A stretch of DNA of 64,000 nt from a virus (IMGVR_UViG_2830161386_000001:96001-160000), one strand, 5' to 3'; shown: positions 26,723 through 36,799, counted from the first letter of the stretch. Translations and numbers: made by a program. The notes: generated by a model from the sequence alone, not told the origin.

Positions 26723-27157
26723 TTAAAACGTGGCGTCGGTCTCCTCCCCCACAAACAGGCTCAGCGACGGATGCTCCTCCAAAAGCCCGGCGTGAGATTG
26801 GCCCGCAATTTGAGAGCGGGCCGACCGGAGCAGGTCGTGAACCTGATTTACGCTTTCGACCGACTCCTCCTCGTAGCCGATCTCTTCAAGCCGCTTCTTC
26901 CGCTCGCGGATTTCCTCAAGAAGAGACCGGACCTCCTCTTCGTTCTCGAAAAACGCGAGGACCGACCGCCGGCGCTCCGGGCTTATTTGCTGGAGCAGGC
27001 GGCGGGCCCGCTTCCGCATCCGCGACTCGTACCGGGCGGACATCTCCGACTCGTACCAGGCCGGGCTTTGGCTGCCCGTTTTCAGTTCGGTTGGGATGAG
27101 GCGGTCTTCAAGGTGCTCGATAATTTGATCGATTTCAGAGGGGCTGTCGCCATCCAT
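26723..27157 (-). CDS. Hypothetical coiled-coil protein
   Basis: 144 aa, E/R-rich helical. Confidence 0.7.
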   Translation of the reverse strand: MDGDSPSEIDQIIEHLEDRLIPTELKTGSQSPAWYESEMSARYESRMRKRARRLLQQISPERRRSVLAFFENEEEVRSLLEEIRERKKRLEEIGYEEESVESVNQVHDLLRSARSQIAGQSHAGLLEEHPSLSLFVGEETDATF

Positions 27158-27172
27158 GTTGGTAAGGGGGAT

Positions 27173-27454
27173 TTATTTGACAGACTTGCGAATTGTCCAT
27201 TCTCTTGTGGAATCGGGATTCACGGCAAGCCGATAGGGGCACTCACCGGTCCGGCACTGAATCGTGGCTTCTTTCAATCCGTTGCGCCGCTTCTGGTCGC
27301 CGTATGCGCTTGCAAACAGGCCACATGCAATTAGTATCGCCAGCGCCGAAAGCACGGGCGGCCCAGCCGACCCGCGGTCGCCAGCGGCAGAAACGCCCGC
27401 CGCAAACGAAAACAGGCAAGCCAAAACCGCCGCAAGAATTGTAGGAAGATACAT
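27173..27454 (-). CDS. Small membrane protein
   Basis: Two hydrophobic segments, 93 aa. Confidence 0.6.
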   Translation of the reverse strand: MYLPTILAAVLACLFSFAAGVSAAGDRGSAGPPVLSALAILIACGLFASAYGDQKRRNGLKEATIQCRTGECPYRLAVNPDSTREWTIRKSVK

Positions 27455-27486
27455 GCTTAAAAGCGTCTGTTACGCGAAAGACAACG

Positions 27487-27502
27487 AATCCCAGCTGGGA
27501 CT
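27487..27502. repeat. 16-bp palindrome copy
   Basis: aatcccagctgggact, 3' of the RNR gene. Confidence 0.95.
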
Positions 27503-27558
27503 GGGCGGGAGGCCCCCGCCCAGCCACGCGCTAGGGGCGCTTCTTGGGCAACCGCGCT

Positions 27559-30500
27559 TTAGCTGCACCGCGAGTGGCCGCAGTCCGCGCAGGTCATGCA
27601 GGACTCCTCCATCCGGACGTTGTCGGACCCACATTTGTCGCAGGTCGGCCGGCCGGTTTCCGCGTGGGCCTGGAGGGCCTTTGCAAGCGACTGCCCAAAA
27701 GAGGCTATCGACCCCTCGGCCTTCTCCAGCTGCTTGACCAGAAAGTCGATCTTCGCTCCGTGGCGAAGCGCCGTCGAAACCATTCGGGTTTCGTGCCGGA
27801 CGTCGTCGTTGGGGGCCTTCGAGGTGATGTCGTCGACGATCACCTTCTCGTCTCCCTCCGGCGCCAGAAGCTGGTAGTGCCCCGACCCGGCCTTCCGGAT
27901 ACGGCCCCTAGAGAGCTTCTCGCCGCTGGAATCGGTGATGCGGACCTCCCCCATCGTCGTAAAGGCAAACACCTCATACGGAGTCTCCTCCAGAAAGCCG
28001 ACCAGCACCTTCCAGTTGTCGCCCCGGAACCGGATGCGGTGGATCGCCGCCTCCAGGGTGCCGGGCCGCTCGGGGGCCTCCGTCCGGGGAACGCCGCTTC
28101 CCTCCTCGCCTTCCCCGGAGAGAACCGCGCTCATCGTGCCGGCCCGGTAGGTGGTCACGCCCTTAATCGCCGTGGCCTGGTGGGCCTTGTCGTAGAGGTC
28201 CTTGAAGTCCTCGAAGGGATAGTCATTCGGGACGTTGACCGTTTTGCTCATGCTTGAGTCAATAAACGGGGCCAGCGCCTTCATCTGGGTCAGGTGGTCG
28301 TCCACGTCCAGATCGCGGGTCGTGACCGCCCAGTCGGCATCCGGGTCAAACTCCCCGTTCATGTTGCGCTTCGCGTAGTCCTCCACGACGCTGTCCTTGA
28401 CAATGCCGCGAGTCGGGTGGATCTGCCAGTGGGTGTGACCCTCCACCGTGCACCGCGCCACGTTCTCATCGCCCTGCTCCTCGATTTCCCAGTCCTCGGC
28501 GTGGTCACCGGAGATGTCCCCGGCTTCCAGATCAAGCACGTCCGGTCGCTCGACCTCGTCGGGGAGCGCCGGCTGCTCCGATGTCCGCACGTAGCTATGC
28601 ATGAACACTGGCTCGACGCCCGAGGACGGCGCGTTCGCAACAGTCGACGTATTCCCCGTCGGCTGAATCGACAGCAGGTGGCTGTTGCGAAGGCCGTAGG
28701 CGGCGATCATCTCCTTCGTTTCCGGAGAGAGCCGGTCGATAAACGGAGAGTTGTTCAGGTACTCGTCCTTGTCGAACAGCGGGAACGCGCCCTTCTCTTC
28801 TGCAAGGCGAGCGCTGGCCTGGTAGGCCAGGTTCGCAAGCCGCTCTTGAAAGGCCCGCATGACCTCAAACCCCTCGTCGGACCCGTATCGGACCTTCATC
28901 ATCGCAAGGGCCGACCCGTCTCCGTAGTGGCCGAGGCCGATCCGCCGCTTGTTTTGAAGATTCCAGCGCTGCTTCTGCGTCGGGACGTAGGTCCGGTCGT
29001 TCACGTTGTCGAGGAACCGCACTGCCCGTGGCACGAGCGTCTCCAGCAGGTCGTAGTCAAACCCGCTCCGGCTCTCGTTCATGAGCTGGGTCAGGTTGAA
29101 ATTCCCCAGGAGGCAGACACCCCCAACAGGCAAAATTTGCTCACCACAGTTGTGAATCACAATGCCGTTTCCGACCAGAGAATGGGTGTCCGGCTCCGTA
29201 AGGTCATAGACCGGCTCAACGCCACGATTGCGAATCTCATCGACTGTCGCGGTGAACGCCCGGCTGTAGGGCCCTTTTGTGTATGAGTCGAGAAGCTCAT
29301 CGAGCTGCTCGCTCTTGTAGTCAATCAAGAAGCCGATCTCATCGCGGAAGCGAATGAGATCGTCTTTCGACACAACGAGATCATGGCAGCCCTGAACATC
29401 ATACTCCTTAGAGCCGCCCTTTCCATCAGGCAATACTTTCTTGCCTTCCGTCTTACGATCGGCATACAGTGTCGAATATATGCCAAAGTTCAACAGAAGC
29501 CGCTGAACCTCTTTCAGAAGCTCTTTGCTTACGCTAGTAAGACGGACCGACAAACCGTTAGCAGCGGTTCCTTGCACGCCACCATCGGCGCTAAACAAGC
29601 CCTGAAGGTATCCACGGGCCATGTCTTCGGACCCGCGCATGACACGGTCAGGGACCTGTAGCTTGTTTTCTGCAAGCCCTGTCGATACAGCAAGGTCGTA
29701 TGTCGGCTTGTTCTGCACGCGAACCTCACGCTGATCGCTTCTGGCGCTTGCATCGTCTGGAATTTCTACGACTCCAGACTCATAATCATCACGGTGCACG
29801 TGATCGGAATGTCGCGGCAACTCGTTGGTTGCCTCAGCCATTGCCTCTGCAATCTCACAGTCTTCGCCAAAGAAGGAAAGAACTCCCCAGCTCATTTCCT
29901 CATTGACGTATCCGTCGCCCACAAGCCAGCCCAGAACGCGCCCTTCTCCCAAGGAACCGTGGTCACCAAATCCACCTTTTCGGTTCTGGATATGAATCTC
30001 GTCTCCTTTAGACAGGTGTTGAGTTTCAACCCACCCGTTAGGCGTTCGGATCTTGTGGTCGGCCGTCACTGAAAGCTCATATCCTTCCTCAGTGACAAGG
30101 TCGTACGTCATTTTCTCACCCGTCTTATAAACGCCCTGTTCGGTCGTGGGGTGGATCTTCTGGTCTGAAAGACGTCCATCGACAACAACTTCCTGCGGCG
30201 AGTTGGCTTCAGCCAAGACAGCAGCCGAAACTAGACCCTGATCCGTTGAGATCAGCGTATCGCCTGTAAAGCAAGGATTGGTCGCGTCGATGTGCTCCTC
30301 GTAGCCGAGGTTGTTTTCCCGGTTCATCTTGTCGACAAACAGGACGCCGGGCTCATTCCGCTCGTAGGTCGAGCGCATGATTTTGTCCCAAATCTCTTGG
30401 GCGTCGTAGACGGCCTTCTCGCCGGTGGCCGGATCACGCCAAACGCGGACGGTCCCGCCTGCCTCCTCGTACTTCTGGAGGTCCCCCTCCCAGTGCTCCT

Positions 30501-31284
30501 CGTAGAAGCCCGGCTCTCCCTCGTAATCGGGGTACTTCAGGGCCCACTTCTTTCCCTCCCGCACCGCGTTCATGAACTTGTCGGTCACGAGCACCGACAT
30601 GTTGAACTTGTGCAGGCGGCCGGCTTCCTGCTTCGCCTCGATAAACTCCAAGAGGTCCGGGTGCCAGCAGTGCATCGTCACCATCTGGGCACCCTTCCGG
30701 ATCTTGTCCTTCACGTCGTCTCGGTCGGAGTCCATGCCGGACCCGGCGACAATCGTGGCGGCCTGCTCATTCCAGCAGTCCAGCATCCGCACCGCTCCGG
30801 GGGTCATCGCGCCCACGCCCCCAATCCGGGCGCCTCTCGGTCGCATAAACGAGGCGCAGAAACCGTACCCGCCTTCCGAGGCTAGAATCTTGGCCTGCCG
30901 GGTCAGCTCCGCCTGGATCTCGTCCATCGAGTCCTGGTCTGTGCCCCGGGCTCCACTGACAAAACAGTTGATGAGGCTGGCCTTGCCGAGCCCCGTCCCG
31001 GCGTTTGCGAGAATCCGCCCACCGGGCGTAAACGGAAACGGGCCCGTCCCCACGCCCTTGCCGCTCAGCAGCTCGTAGAACTTCTTCGTCCACTCCTCTG
31101 GACTCTCTTCCTCTTGGGCCAGGGCCCGGGCGTTTCGGTACCACGTGTCCGGGACCCGGCTGTCTTTCCCGTACTTGTAGTTTTGGCCGTAGACCTCCTC
31201 GCTGATTTCGGTTTGAAAGATGTCTTCGTTCGTCCGGCTGTCAGACAGGATCTCCGAGCCGGAAAGCTGAATTTGATTTTGCAT
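27559..31284 (-). CDS. nrdJ: Class II (adenosylcobalamin-dependent) ribonucleotide reductase with intein
   Basis: PGGRILAN, LINCF, EPGVLF, NP|CGEQ, CLLG, PTGNTS, SKTVN, TTYR, C-terminal TSCPD-like region and Cys ribbon; no small subunit nearby; start re-called to MQNQIQ. Confidence 0.92.
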   Translation of the reverse strand: MQNQIQLSGSEILSDSRTNEDIFQTEISEEVYGQNYKYGKDSRVPDTWYRNARALAQEEESPEEWTKKFYELLSGKGVGTGPFPFTPGGRILANAGTGLGKASLINCFVSGARGTDQDSMDEIQAELTRQAKILASEGGYGFCASFMRPRGARIGGVGAMTPGAVRMLDCWNEQAATIVAGSGMDSDRDDVKDKIRKGAQMVTMHCWHPDLLEFIEAKQEAGRLHKFNMSVLVTDKFMNAVREGKKWALKYPDYEGEPGFYEEHWEGDLQKYEEAGGTVRVWRDPATGEKAVYDAQEIWDKIMRSTYERNEPGVLFVDKMNRENNLGYEEHIDATNPCFTGDTLISTDQGLVSAAVLAEANSPQEVVVDGRLSDQKIHPTTEQGVYKTGEKMTYDLVTEEGYELSVTADHKIRTPNGWVETQHLSKGDEIHIQNRKGGFGDHGSLGEGRVLGWLVGDGYVNEEMSWGVLSFFGEDCEIAEAMAEATNELPRHSDHVHRDDYESGVVEIPDDASARSDQREVRVQNKPTYDLAVSTGLAENKLQVPDRVMRGSEDMARGYLQGLFSADGGVQGTAANGLSVRLTSVSKELLKEVQRLLLNFGIYSTLYADRKTEGKKVLPDGKGGSKEYDVQGCHDLVVSKDDLIRFRDEIGFLIDYKSEQLDELLDSYTKGPYSRAFTATVDEIRNRGVEPVYDLTEPDTHSLVGNGIVIHNCGEQILPVGGVCLLGNFNLTQLMNESRSGFDYDLLETLVPRAVRFLDNVNDRTYVPTQKQRWNLQNKRRIGLGHYGDGSALAMMKVRYGSDEGFEVMRAFQERLANLAYQASARLAEEKGAFPLFDKDEYLNNSPFIDRLSPETKEMIAAYGLRNSHLLSIQPTGNTSTVANAPSSGVEPVFMHSYVRTSEQPALPDEVERPDVLDLEAGDISGDHAEDWEIEEQGDENVARCTVEGHTHWQIHPTRGIVKDSVVEDYAKRNMNGEFDPDADWAVTTRDLDVDDHLTQMKALAPFIDSSMSKTVNVPNDYPFEDFKDLYDKAHQATAIKGVTTYRAGTMSAVLSGEGEEGSGVPRTEAPERPGTLEAAIHRIRFRGDNWKVLVGFLEETPYEVFAFTTMGEVRITDSSGEKLSRGRIRKAGSGHYQLLAPEGDEKVIVDDITSKAPNDDVRHETRMVSTALRHGAKIDFLVKQLEKAEGSIASFGQSLAKALQAHAETGRPTCDKCGSDNVRMEESCMTCADCGHSRCS
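29149..30273 (-). mobile_element. 375-aa intein with LAGLIDADG homing endonuclease, inserted at the RNR active-site NP/CGE
   Basis: CFTGDT start, VTADH block B, LGWLVGDG and LQGLFSADG motifs, VYDL..HN|C end; visibly lower GC. Confidence 0.95.
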
Positions 31285-31415
31285 ACGTCCTCGGTGTTGA
31301 TGAAACGAAAAACAGATAAGGGGCGCACTTCGCCAAAGAGAAGCGGCACCCAGGGCGGGCGCCGCGGCTGAAGTCAGTTGCAAAAAATCAGTTGTAAAAA
31401 AGGCTACGAAAATGG

Positions 31416-31835
31416 TTAGAGAAACTCGGCGCGCCGGCCATCGGCCCGCTTTGGGCCTGCCCGGTACACGTAGTCGGACTCCGACTGGGGGAACCCGCCG
31501 GGCTGCCCAACTCCGCCCCGAGCCAAAAACGCAGACTCCGGCTCCCGCACTCCACCGGTGGAAAACCCGATTAGAATCTCCTCTCGCCCTCGCCACTGGA
31601 TCCACTGCCGGGCCGCCGACACCGATCCCGGGCGGGCGATCACGACGCTTAGGTTTCCGTGCTCACCGACCGCTCGGGGCATCGTATACGCGATGCGCCC
31701 GGTTTTCTGCATGCGGCGGCGCACGCTGGTTGCCCCCTCACGGTCTAAGTTCGACCGCTCGAACAAGACGCGGGTCAGCTCCGACTCCGCGTTGGGGCAT
31801 TTGTTAACCGGTTCCAGGGATGGGAGAAAGTTCAT
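31416..31835 (-). CDS. Hypothetical protein
   Basis: 139 aa, fits the gap once the RNR start is corrected. Confidence 0.55.
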   Translation of the reverse strand: MNFLPSLEPVNKCPNAESELTRVLFERSNLDREGATSVRRRMQKTGRIAYTMPRAVGEHGNLSVVIARPGSVSAARQWIQWRGREEILIGFSTGGVREPESAFLARGGVGQPGGFPQSESDYVYRAGPKRADGRRAEFL

Positions 31836-31872
31836 GCTGAGAGGCTACGTTAGAGAAAGCGGCTGCGGCGCA

Positions 31873-32700
31873 CTACCACCGCAAAAAGAGCGATACCTCG
31901 CTGATCGGGCGCACCGGCCCGCCGCCAATCCGAGACTCCGCCCCGGCCGCCACTTCTGCCGAAAGGCGAAGCCCGCCGCCAAGCCGAATTCCGCCGGAAA
32001 GCGCCGCCCGCGCCTCGCCGTACAGCCCGGACGGGCGGGCAATCGTCCCGGCCCCGACCGACCACCCGGAGGTCCACCGGCTTTTAGGCGCCGGTCTTAG
32101 CGAGGAGCGTTCCTGCCGGCCGGATTGGGCCGACACCGACTCAAGAGAGAGCCGGGCCGGCAGGTCCACGTACGTCCGGCCTACGCCGGACTGGTCAACG
32201 GTTTGCACCAGCGACACTCGCTCCCGCCGGGGCAGGAGCCGGATGCGGTACCGGAGCCTGTCGCCGGGCGGACGGACCCAAATCCGCCCCTCATGCCGGT
32301 TTCCGCCGATGTCGTGAACGTAGCGGCCATTTTCTCTTGGCGCCTTCGACCGGCCGGACAGAGTGTCCTCTCTTGTTTCTACGACGGCCTCCACGCGCCG
32401 CGAGACGTCGCCTTGAGCGGAGTCCGGGGCAGTAAGGGTATCGGTACTCGGCTCGTTTGCCGACGCCCAGAGCGACCGCATCGCACCGCTGGCCGCCTCG
32501 TACTCGTTCACGACGCGAAGGGACTCCTCAAGAGCGGCGACCTCCTGAGTTTTGCGTCCCAGCTGGGACTGAAGGGCTTGGTTTTGCGACTGAAGCGACC
32601 AGACGTACCCAAGCCCCGCCGCTACCAAAAGCCCGGCGGCGGCGTACGGCAGAAGCGGGCGGAGCGACGAAAGCGAAACGCGGCTTATAAACGGGATCAT
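31873..32700 (-). CDS. Membrane-anchored coiled-coil protein with C-terminal beta strands (spanin-like?)
   Basis: N-terminal TM helix, coiled coil, Gly-rich amphipathic strands ending SLFLRW. Confidence 0.5.
   Translation of the reverse strand: MIPFISRVSLSSLRPLLPYAAAGLLVAAGLGYVWSLQSQNQALQSQLGRKTQEVAALEESLRVVNEYEAASGAMRSLWASANEPSTDTLTAPDSAQGDVSRRVEAVVETREDTLSGRSKAPRENGRYVHDIGGNRHEGRIWVRPPGDRLRYRIRLLPRRERVSLVQTVDQSGVGRTYVDLPARLSLESVSAQSGRQERSSLRPAPKSRWTSGWSVGAGTIARPSGLYGEARAALSGGIRLGGGLRLSAEVAAGAESRIGGGPVRPISEVSLFLRW
32555..32570. repeat. Palindrome copy, in frame (SQLG)
   Basis: cgtcccagctgggact. Confidence 0.9.
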
Positions 32701-32706
32701 CGGCGG

Positions 32707-34020
32707 TTAAAATCCAGGGCTCGCGGCGCTTCGGTCGGAGAGGGCCGACTCCTGCTCCGCAAACTCTTCGGCGGCGTTGAGCTGCTCCTCCATCGCGTCG
32801 ACCGCGTTTTCGAACGCCTCGTCGTCAAGCGGCACCTGGTCGGCAACCGAAAGCGAGGTGGCCGCCTCGCAGACCGCCCGGATCTCGTCTCCGGACGCGC
32901 CCTCGACATTCTCCAGGATCGTCTCGGAGCCTACCTCCGCCTCGTCCGGGAGGTAAAGCTGCGCGCAGCGAAGGGCATACTCGCCCTCCAAAAACCCGAT
33001 TTCCACAGGGCGGTCGACGCGGCCGGGGCGCTCTAGGATTCGGTCTTCAATCTGGCCGGGATGGTTCGTCGACATGATAATGGCACAGCCCTTCTCGTTT
33101 GTTGGCGTGTCGACCCCGTCCAAGGCGTTTAGCACCTTCGAGTCGGCGCCGCCTTTCTGGCCTTGCTCCCCGCCCATCGGTGAGGTCTTAAACGCCTGCT
33201 CCGCGTCCTCCAGAAAGATGATGACCGGAAGGCTTGCATCCGCCGCCATGCGCTGGATTTGGAGCATCGCCGAGATGTCCCCTGCAAACACGCAGGGGCG
33301 CGTGCCCTTCATCTCCCGGGCAATTTGCTGCTGCATGGTGGTTTTGCCTGTGCCCGGCGGGCCGATCATCATCCACTTCTTCGTGCCGTCCTGGCCGAAG
33401 CGAGTGTAAAGCTCGCTGTTTTCGAAGAAGGACCGGATCTCTTTCATGATCACGTCCCGCTTCGGGTGAATGGTTGGGACCTCGCTCAGCTCGTCGTCAA
33501 TCTCCTCAAGCTGAAGCCCATCGCGGGTTATCTCCGCCCGGTAGGCCCCGGCTTCCAGGTCCGTCGATTCGTGCTTGTAGCGGGCGCCCAGGCGCGTCCA
33601 GGCCCGCAGGTCTGCCGGCGTCCCGACCACCACGTTGAGGGAGACAAGCCCCTCCTGCACGCGGATCGGGGCCCGGACGACGGCAATTCTGTGACCCGTG
33701 CCACTGGGGGCCTCCAGCTCGAACGCAAACGTTCCGTAGCGGCTGATGGGCCCGAGCACGTCTACGTTCTCCTCCTCGTCGTTCCACTCGTACTCGAAGC
33801 CGGACTCGATTAGCTCCCCGATCTGGCTTTCCACCCGCTCGATGGGCCCAAGCTCCCACTCGGTTTCCTCGTTCATCTCCTCTCTCATTTCCTGGTGCCG
33901 CCGCCACGAGTCGGTTTGAAACGAAACGACGGGATCCGCCAGCTCGCTTTCGCTGGGGTCACCTTCTCTGTGGGCAGACCGGGCGGCCTGCTTTGCCTTG
34001 TCGATCGTTAGCTGTTCCAT
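32707..34020 (-). CDS. AAA+ ATPase
   Basis: GPPGTGKT, IIFLED, LNALDG, STNHP, RPGRVD; start re-called to MEQLT. Confidence 0.92.
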   Translation of the reverse strand: MEQLTIDKAKQAARSAHREGDPSESELADPVVSFQTDSWRRHQEMREEMNEETEWELGPIERVESQIGELIESGFEYEWNDEEENVDVLGPISRYGTFAFELEAPSGTGHRIAVVRAPIRVQEGLVSLNVVVGTPADLRAWTRLGARYKHESTDLEAGAYRAEITRDGLQLEEIDDELSEVPTIHPKRDVIMKEIRSFFENSELYTRFGQDGTKKWMMIGPPGTGKTTMQQQIAREMKGTRPCVFAGDISAMLQIQRMAADASLPVIIFLEDAEQAFKTSPMGGEQGQKGGADSKVLNALDGVDTPTNEKGCAIIMSTNHPGQIEDRILERPGRVDRPVEIGFLEGEYALRCAQLYLPDEAEVGSETILENVEGASGDEIRAVCEAATSLSVADQVPLDDEAFENAVDAMEEQLNAAEEFAEQESALSDRSAASPGF

Positions 34021-34140
34021 ACTGGTAGGGGTTGGTTTGCAGAAGATTAAGTAGTCCAGTCCCGGCCGGCGCCCGCCCCAGGCGGACATCCGAGACAAAT
34101 TTCGGTTTTTGATCTGGTGCACGACACGCCTCCAAAAGAG

Positions 34141-34494
34141 CTATTCCGAAAACGACAGATGAAGCGTCCCGTCCGGCCCGGTCTCGTACTTGCTGGGGTC
34201 GAAGGCGCGGACAAACTCCTCGGCGGGAAAAAACGTCTGCCCGCCGGTCCGCTCCGGCTGGAACACCCCGAGGCAATTCTCGGGAATCTCCTCCCCCTCT
34301 GCCGTCTGCGAGCGAGGCGGCCACGCCTCGGAGCTGATCCGGAGCTCAGCCACCGGGCGCCCCCGGTACGCAATGTATCCGGGGATGTCCTCGCCCCCGC
34401 ACAGGAAAACGGCCTGAAGGGCCTCGTGTGAGGAGGCTTGCGTGAGGGCCTGCATCGCCCGCTGGATGTCGAGGTTGTCTCGTGAGACTGTCAT
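34141..34494 (-). CDS. Hypothetical protein
   Basis: Start re-called to MTVSRD. Confidence 0.6.
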   Translation of the reverse strand: MTVSRDNLDIQRAMQALTQASSHEALQAVFLCGGEDIPGYIAYRGRPVAELRISSEAWPPRSQTAEGEEIPENCLGVFQPERTGGQTFFPAEEFVRAFDPSKYETGPDGTLHLSFSE

Positions 34495-34544
34495 AAGGGA
34501 GGGTTCATAAAGAAAGTTAGCGCAAGTGGGCACCTGCGAAAAAC

Positions 34545-35150
34545 CTACGAAAGAAGATTCCGGACCGGGCCGCTTGCATCTACGATTTGCCGGGCCTGGG
34601 CGTAGGCGTCGGCCACCGGGTCGTGCGTCCCGTCGTGCTCCGGGCGGCCAAGCCCAAGGGTCCGGTGGTCCCGCTGGTTGGAGTAGCTCCACGGAAGCCC
34701 TCGCCCGACCGCCTCAAACGCAGGCCGGAGCACGAGCCCGAAGTCAAAGTCCGTGCCCCGCGCCCACACCTTCGGGCTCGGCCCACACTGCCGGTCCAGG
34801 TGCATCCGCAGCAGGGAAAGCCCCTTCTTGAGCGGAACCGCGCTTTTTTGCAGCTGGAGCCAGCCGTCGGACTTCCGCATCCAAAACGTAATCGTTCCGG
34901 CCTCGACGGAAAGCCCGTCGTAGGCCATCGCGCTGTCGAGATCAACGTGCACGCGGAGCATCGGGCCGGTTTCTCGCCGATCAACCGAAAACGGAACGGC
35001 CCCAATCGCAATTGGAACGGCGCCGGGGCAGCGCCCCATCGTTTCGGTATCGATCATAAGGTGGGGATATTCGTGCTCTTTCCGCGCCTGGACGTCGCCA
35101 GGACGGGTCGCCGGCGCTTTAGAAAGCGCTTGTTCGGTTAGCATGGGCAA
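34545..35150 (-). CDS. DEDD 3'-5' exonuclease (exonuclease VIII / Rv2179c-like)
   Basis: HLMIDTET, WARGTDFD, RDHRT, HDPVADA. Confidence 0.88.
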   Translation of the reverse strand: MPMLTEQALSKAPATRPGDVQARKEHEYPHLMIDTETMGRCPGAVPIAIGAVPFSVDRRETGPMLRVHVDLDSAMAYDGLSVEAGTITFWMRKSDGWLQLQKSAVPLKKGLSLLRMHLDRQCGPSPKVWARGTDFDFGLVLRPAFEAVGRGLPWSYSNQRDHRTLGLGRPEHDGTHDPVADAYAQARQIVDASGPVRNLLS

Positions 35151-35177
35151 TATGGGAAAAATGCAAGTGCAGTGAGG

Positions 35178-35459
35178 TTACTTAGAGCCCCAGAAAATTT
35201 CTCTCAGCGTCTCGAACTGAGATACGACATTGGGGTCTGTGATTTTTGTCTCGCCAATCATGACGTACGGCTCGCCGCTTGGCGTCTCTCCAAAAGCAAC
35301 GTGGTGCCGGAGAAGCGTCGACGCCGCCTTCCGGACCTCTTTCTCGTTAGCGTCGGCCGAGCAGTTGCGGCACACAATGCCGCCTTCTTTCACCCGGTCG
35401 ATACTGCCAAACGGCACGGACCGGCCGCACGAGGAACAAGTGAGATTGAGCTCAGACAC
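35178..35459 (-). CDS. Small zinc-ribbon protein
   Basis: CSSC..CRNC. Confidence 0.65.
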   Translation of the reverse strand: MSELNLTCSSCGRSVPFGSIDRVKEGGIVCRNCSADANEKEVRKAASTLLRHHVAFGETPSGEPYVMIGETKITDPNVVSQFETLREIFWGSK

Positions 35460-35503
35460 GTCAGTAGTGCTTAATAGGAAAGAAAAAGTGATGCCTACAG
35501 CGT

Positions 35504-35689
35504 TCAGTTCAGATGCACCTGCCCTTGCGTGTGGCAGAGCATCCCGCCCGTCCGGTCGAGCACGAGGATAAACCGGTAGACCGGCGGGTTTTCTTCCTGG
35601 CCGAACGGGACCGCCCCGTACACCGGCTCCTGTCCGACAGGAACGTCGTGTTCGATAGAACGAGACTTTGCGCGAGTTAGGTCGTACAT
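35504..35689 (-). CDS. Hypothetical protein
   Basis: 61 aa, fills gap in operon. Confidence 0.5.
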   Translation of the reverse strand: MYDLTRAKSRSIEHDVPVGQEPVYGAVPFGQEENPPVYRFILVLDRTGGMLCHTQGQVHLN

Positions 35690-35693
35690 CGGT

Positions 35694-36305
35694 TTATGTT
35701 GACGTCTTGCTTGTCAGGCGGCCGTTTCCCCGGCTTGTGCTTGTCGTCTGCACCGGCCAGTGGACCGCCGGCACCGTTACCGTCGCCACAATAATCTCCT
35801 CTTCGGAGTGGTCCGGGTAGGCCCGGGCGACGCGAAGCGGGTCGTTGTGGTCCTTTGGGCGAAAGCTCTCGATCACGTGGTACGTCACGTGCTTCCGGAC
35901 TGCCTTCTCTGCGGCCTTGACCGTCGCGGCTTCGATTGCGTCCTGCCGCATCTGCGGCGTCTCGAAGTGGCTGGTCTTCTCGTCTGGGATTTTCTCTTCT
36001 TGATCTCCGGTCGGGTAGGGCACCTCGTCCCCGCCTTGTGAAAAGCCGCATACGCTCTCCAGCAGCAGCTCTTTTAGGCGAGGAACCGACACGTCCTTGT
36101 GGTCGAGCCCCACCTCACTCGCCGCCGACACGAGCTGGGGCCGGTTGGCGCTTAAAATCACCTCGGCCTTCTTCCCGACGTCCTCGTCGGAGAGGGCCTT
36201 TAGGTGCTCGTTTTTCGACAGGGACACGTTCACCCCGTCGGTTTGGCGGGCCCGGTCTTTCAGGTCCGCGCTTGATTCGTGAACCAGGTCAAGTATGCTT
36301 GGCAT
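35694..36305 (-). CDS. Hypothetical protein
   Basis: 203 aa. Confidence 0.7.
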   Translation of the reverse strand: MPSILDLVHESSADLKDRARQTDGVNVSLSKNEHLKALSDEDVGKKAEVILSANRPQLVSAASEVGLDHKDVSVPRLKELLLESVCGFSQGGDEVPYPTGDQEEKIPDEKTSHFETPQMRQDAIEAATVKAAEKAVRKHVTYHVIESFRPKDHNDPLRVARAYPDHSEEEIIVATVTVPAVHWPVQTTSTSRGNGRLTSKTST

Positions 36306-36404
36306 GCTTCAGTAAAGTGCGGTGAGAAAGTGCGGTAAGAAAAGTAATTACAAGCGGCTCGGCGCATGTGTATGGTGGGGTCTTCGCCCCTATTTTTGCG
36401 CCTT

Positions 36405-36578
36405 TCAGTCGTAGTCGGTGTCGTGGAAGCCGTCGGTTTTGTAGACAACCTCCGCGTCTCCGATAATCGGCTCGACAGGCTGGCCGGTATCGGGGCACTC
36501 CTTTAAGGGCGCCTCACTAATGGAGTGGCGCACCTCGATTACCTCGCCGTCCTCGCGCCGGTACTTGTACTTAGGCAT
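36405..36578 (-). CDS. FmdB-family zinc-ribbon-like protein (57 aa, below ORF-track cutoff)
   Basis: MPKYKYRREDGEVIEVRHSISEAPLKECPDTG...VVYKTDGFHDTDY. Confidence 0.75.
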   Translation of the reverse strand: MPKYKYRREDGEVIEVRHSISEAPLKECPDTGQPVEPIIGDAEVVYKTDGFHDTDYD

Positions 36579-36619
36579 CGTGCTAACCAGAAGGTTTATG
36601 AAGGGAAACTGCGAACCTG

Positions 36620-36799
36620 CTACTCGGAGCCAAACAGCCGCTCGCTAATTAGTACCGGGAGCCAAAGCAGGGCGGCCCACGCCGCCGCCGCTGCGCCCGA
36701 CCGTTTGCCGGGATGAAAATGGCCCCCTGCCGCAACCACGCTTCCGGCCAGCAGGTAGGCCACCACAAGCCCCAAAATTGAAAGCTCAAGGAAGGTCAT
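36620..36799 (-). CDS. Small membrane protein (59 aa)
   Basis: MTFLELSILGLVVAYLLAG...AAWAALLWLPVLI, translated manually. Confidence 0.55.
   Translation of the reverse strand: MTFLELSILGLVVAYLLAGSVVAAGGHFHPGKRSGAAAAAWAALLWLPVLISERLFGSE

Noticed and set aside
31285-31605. 107-aa N-terminal extension of RNR in the ORF track
   Set aside because: It overlaps the 31416-31835 gene and an AT-rich leader; MQNQIQ at 31284 is the more plausible start.
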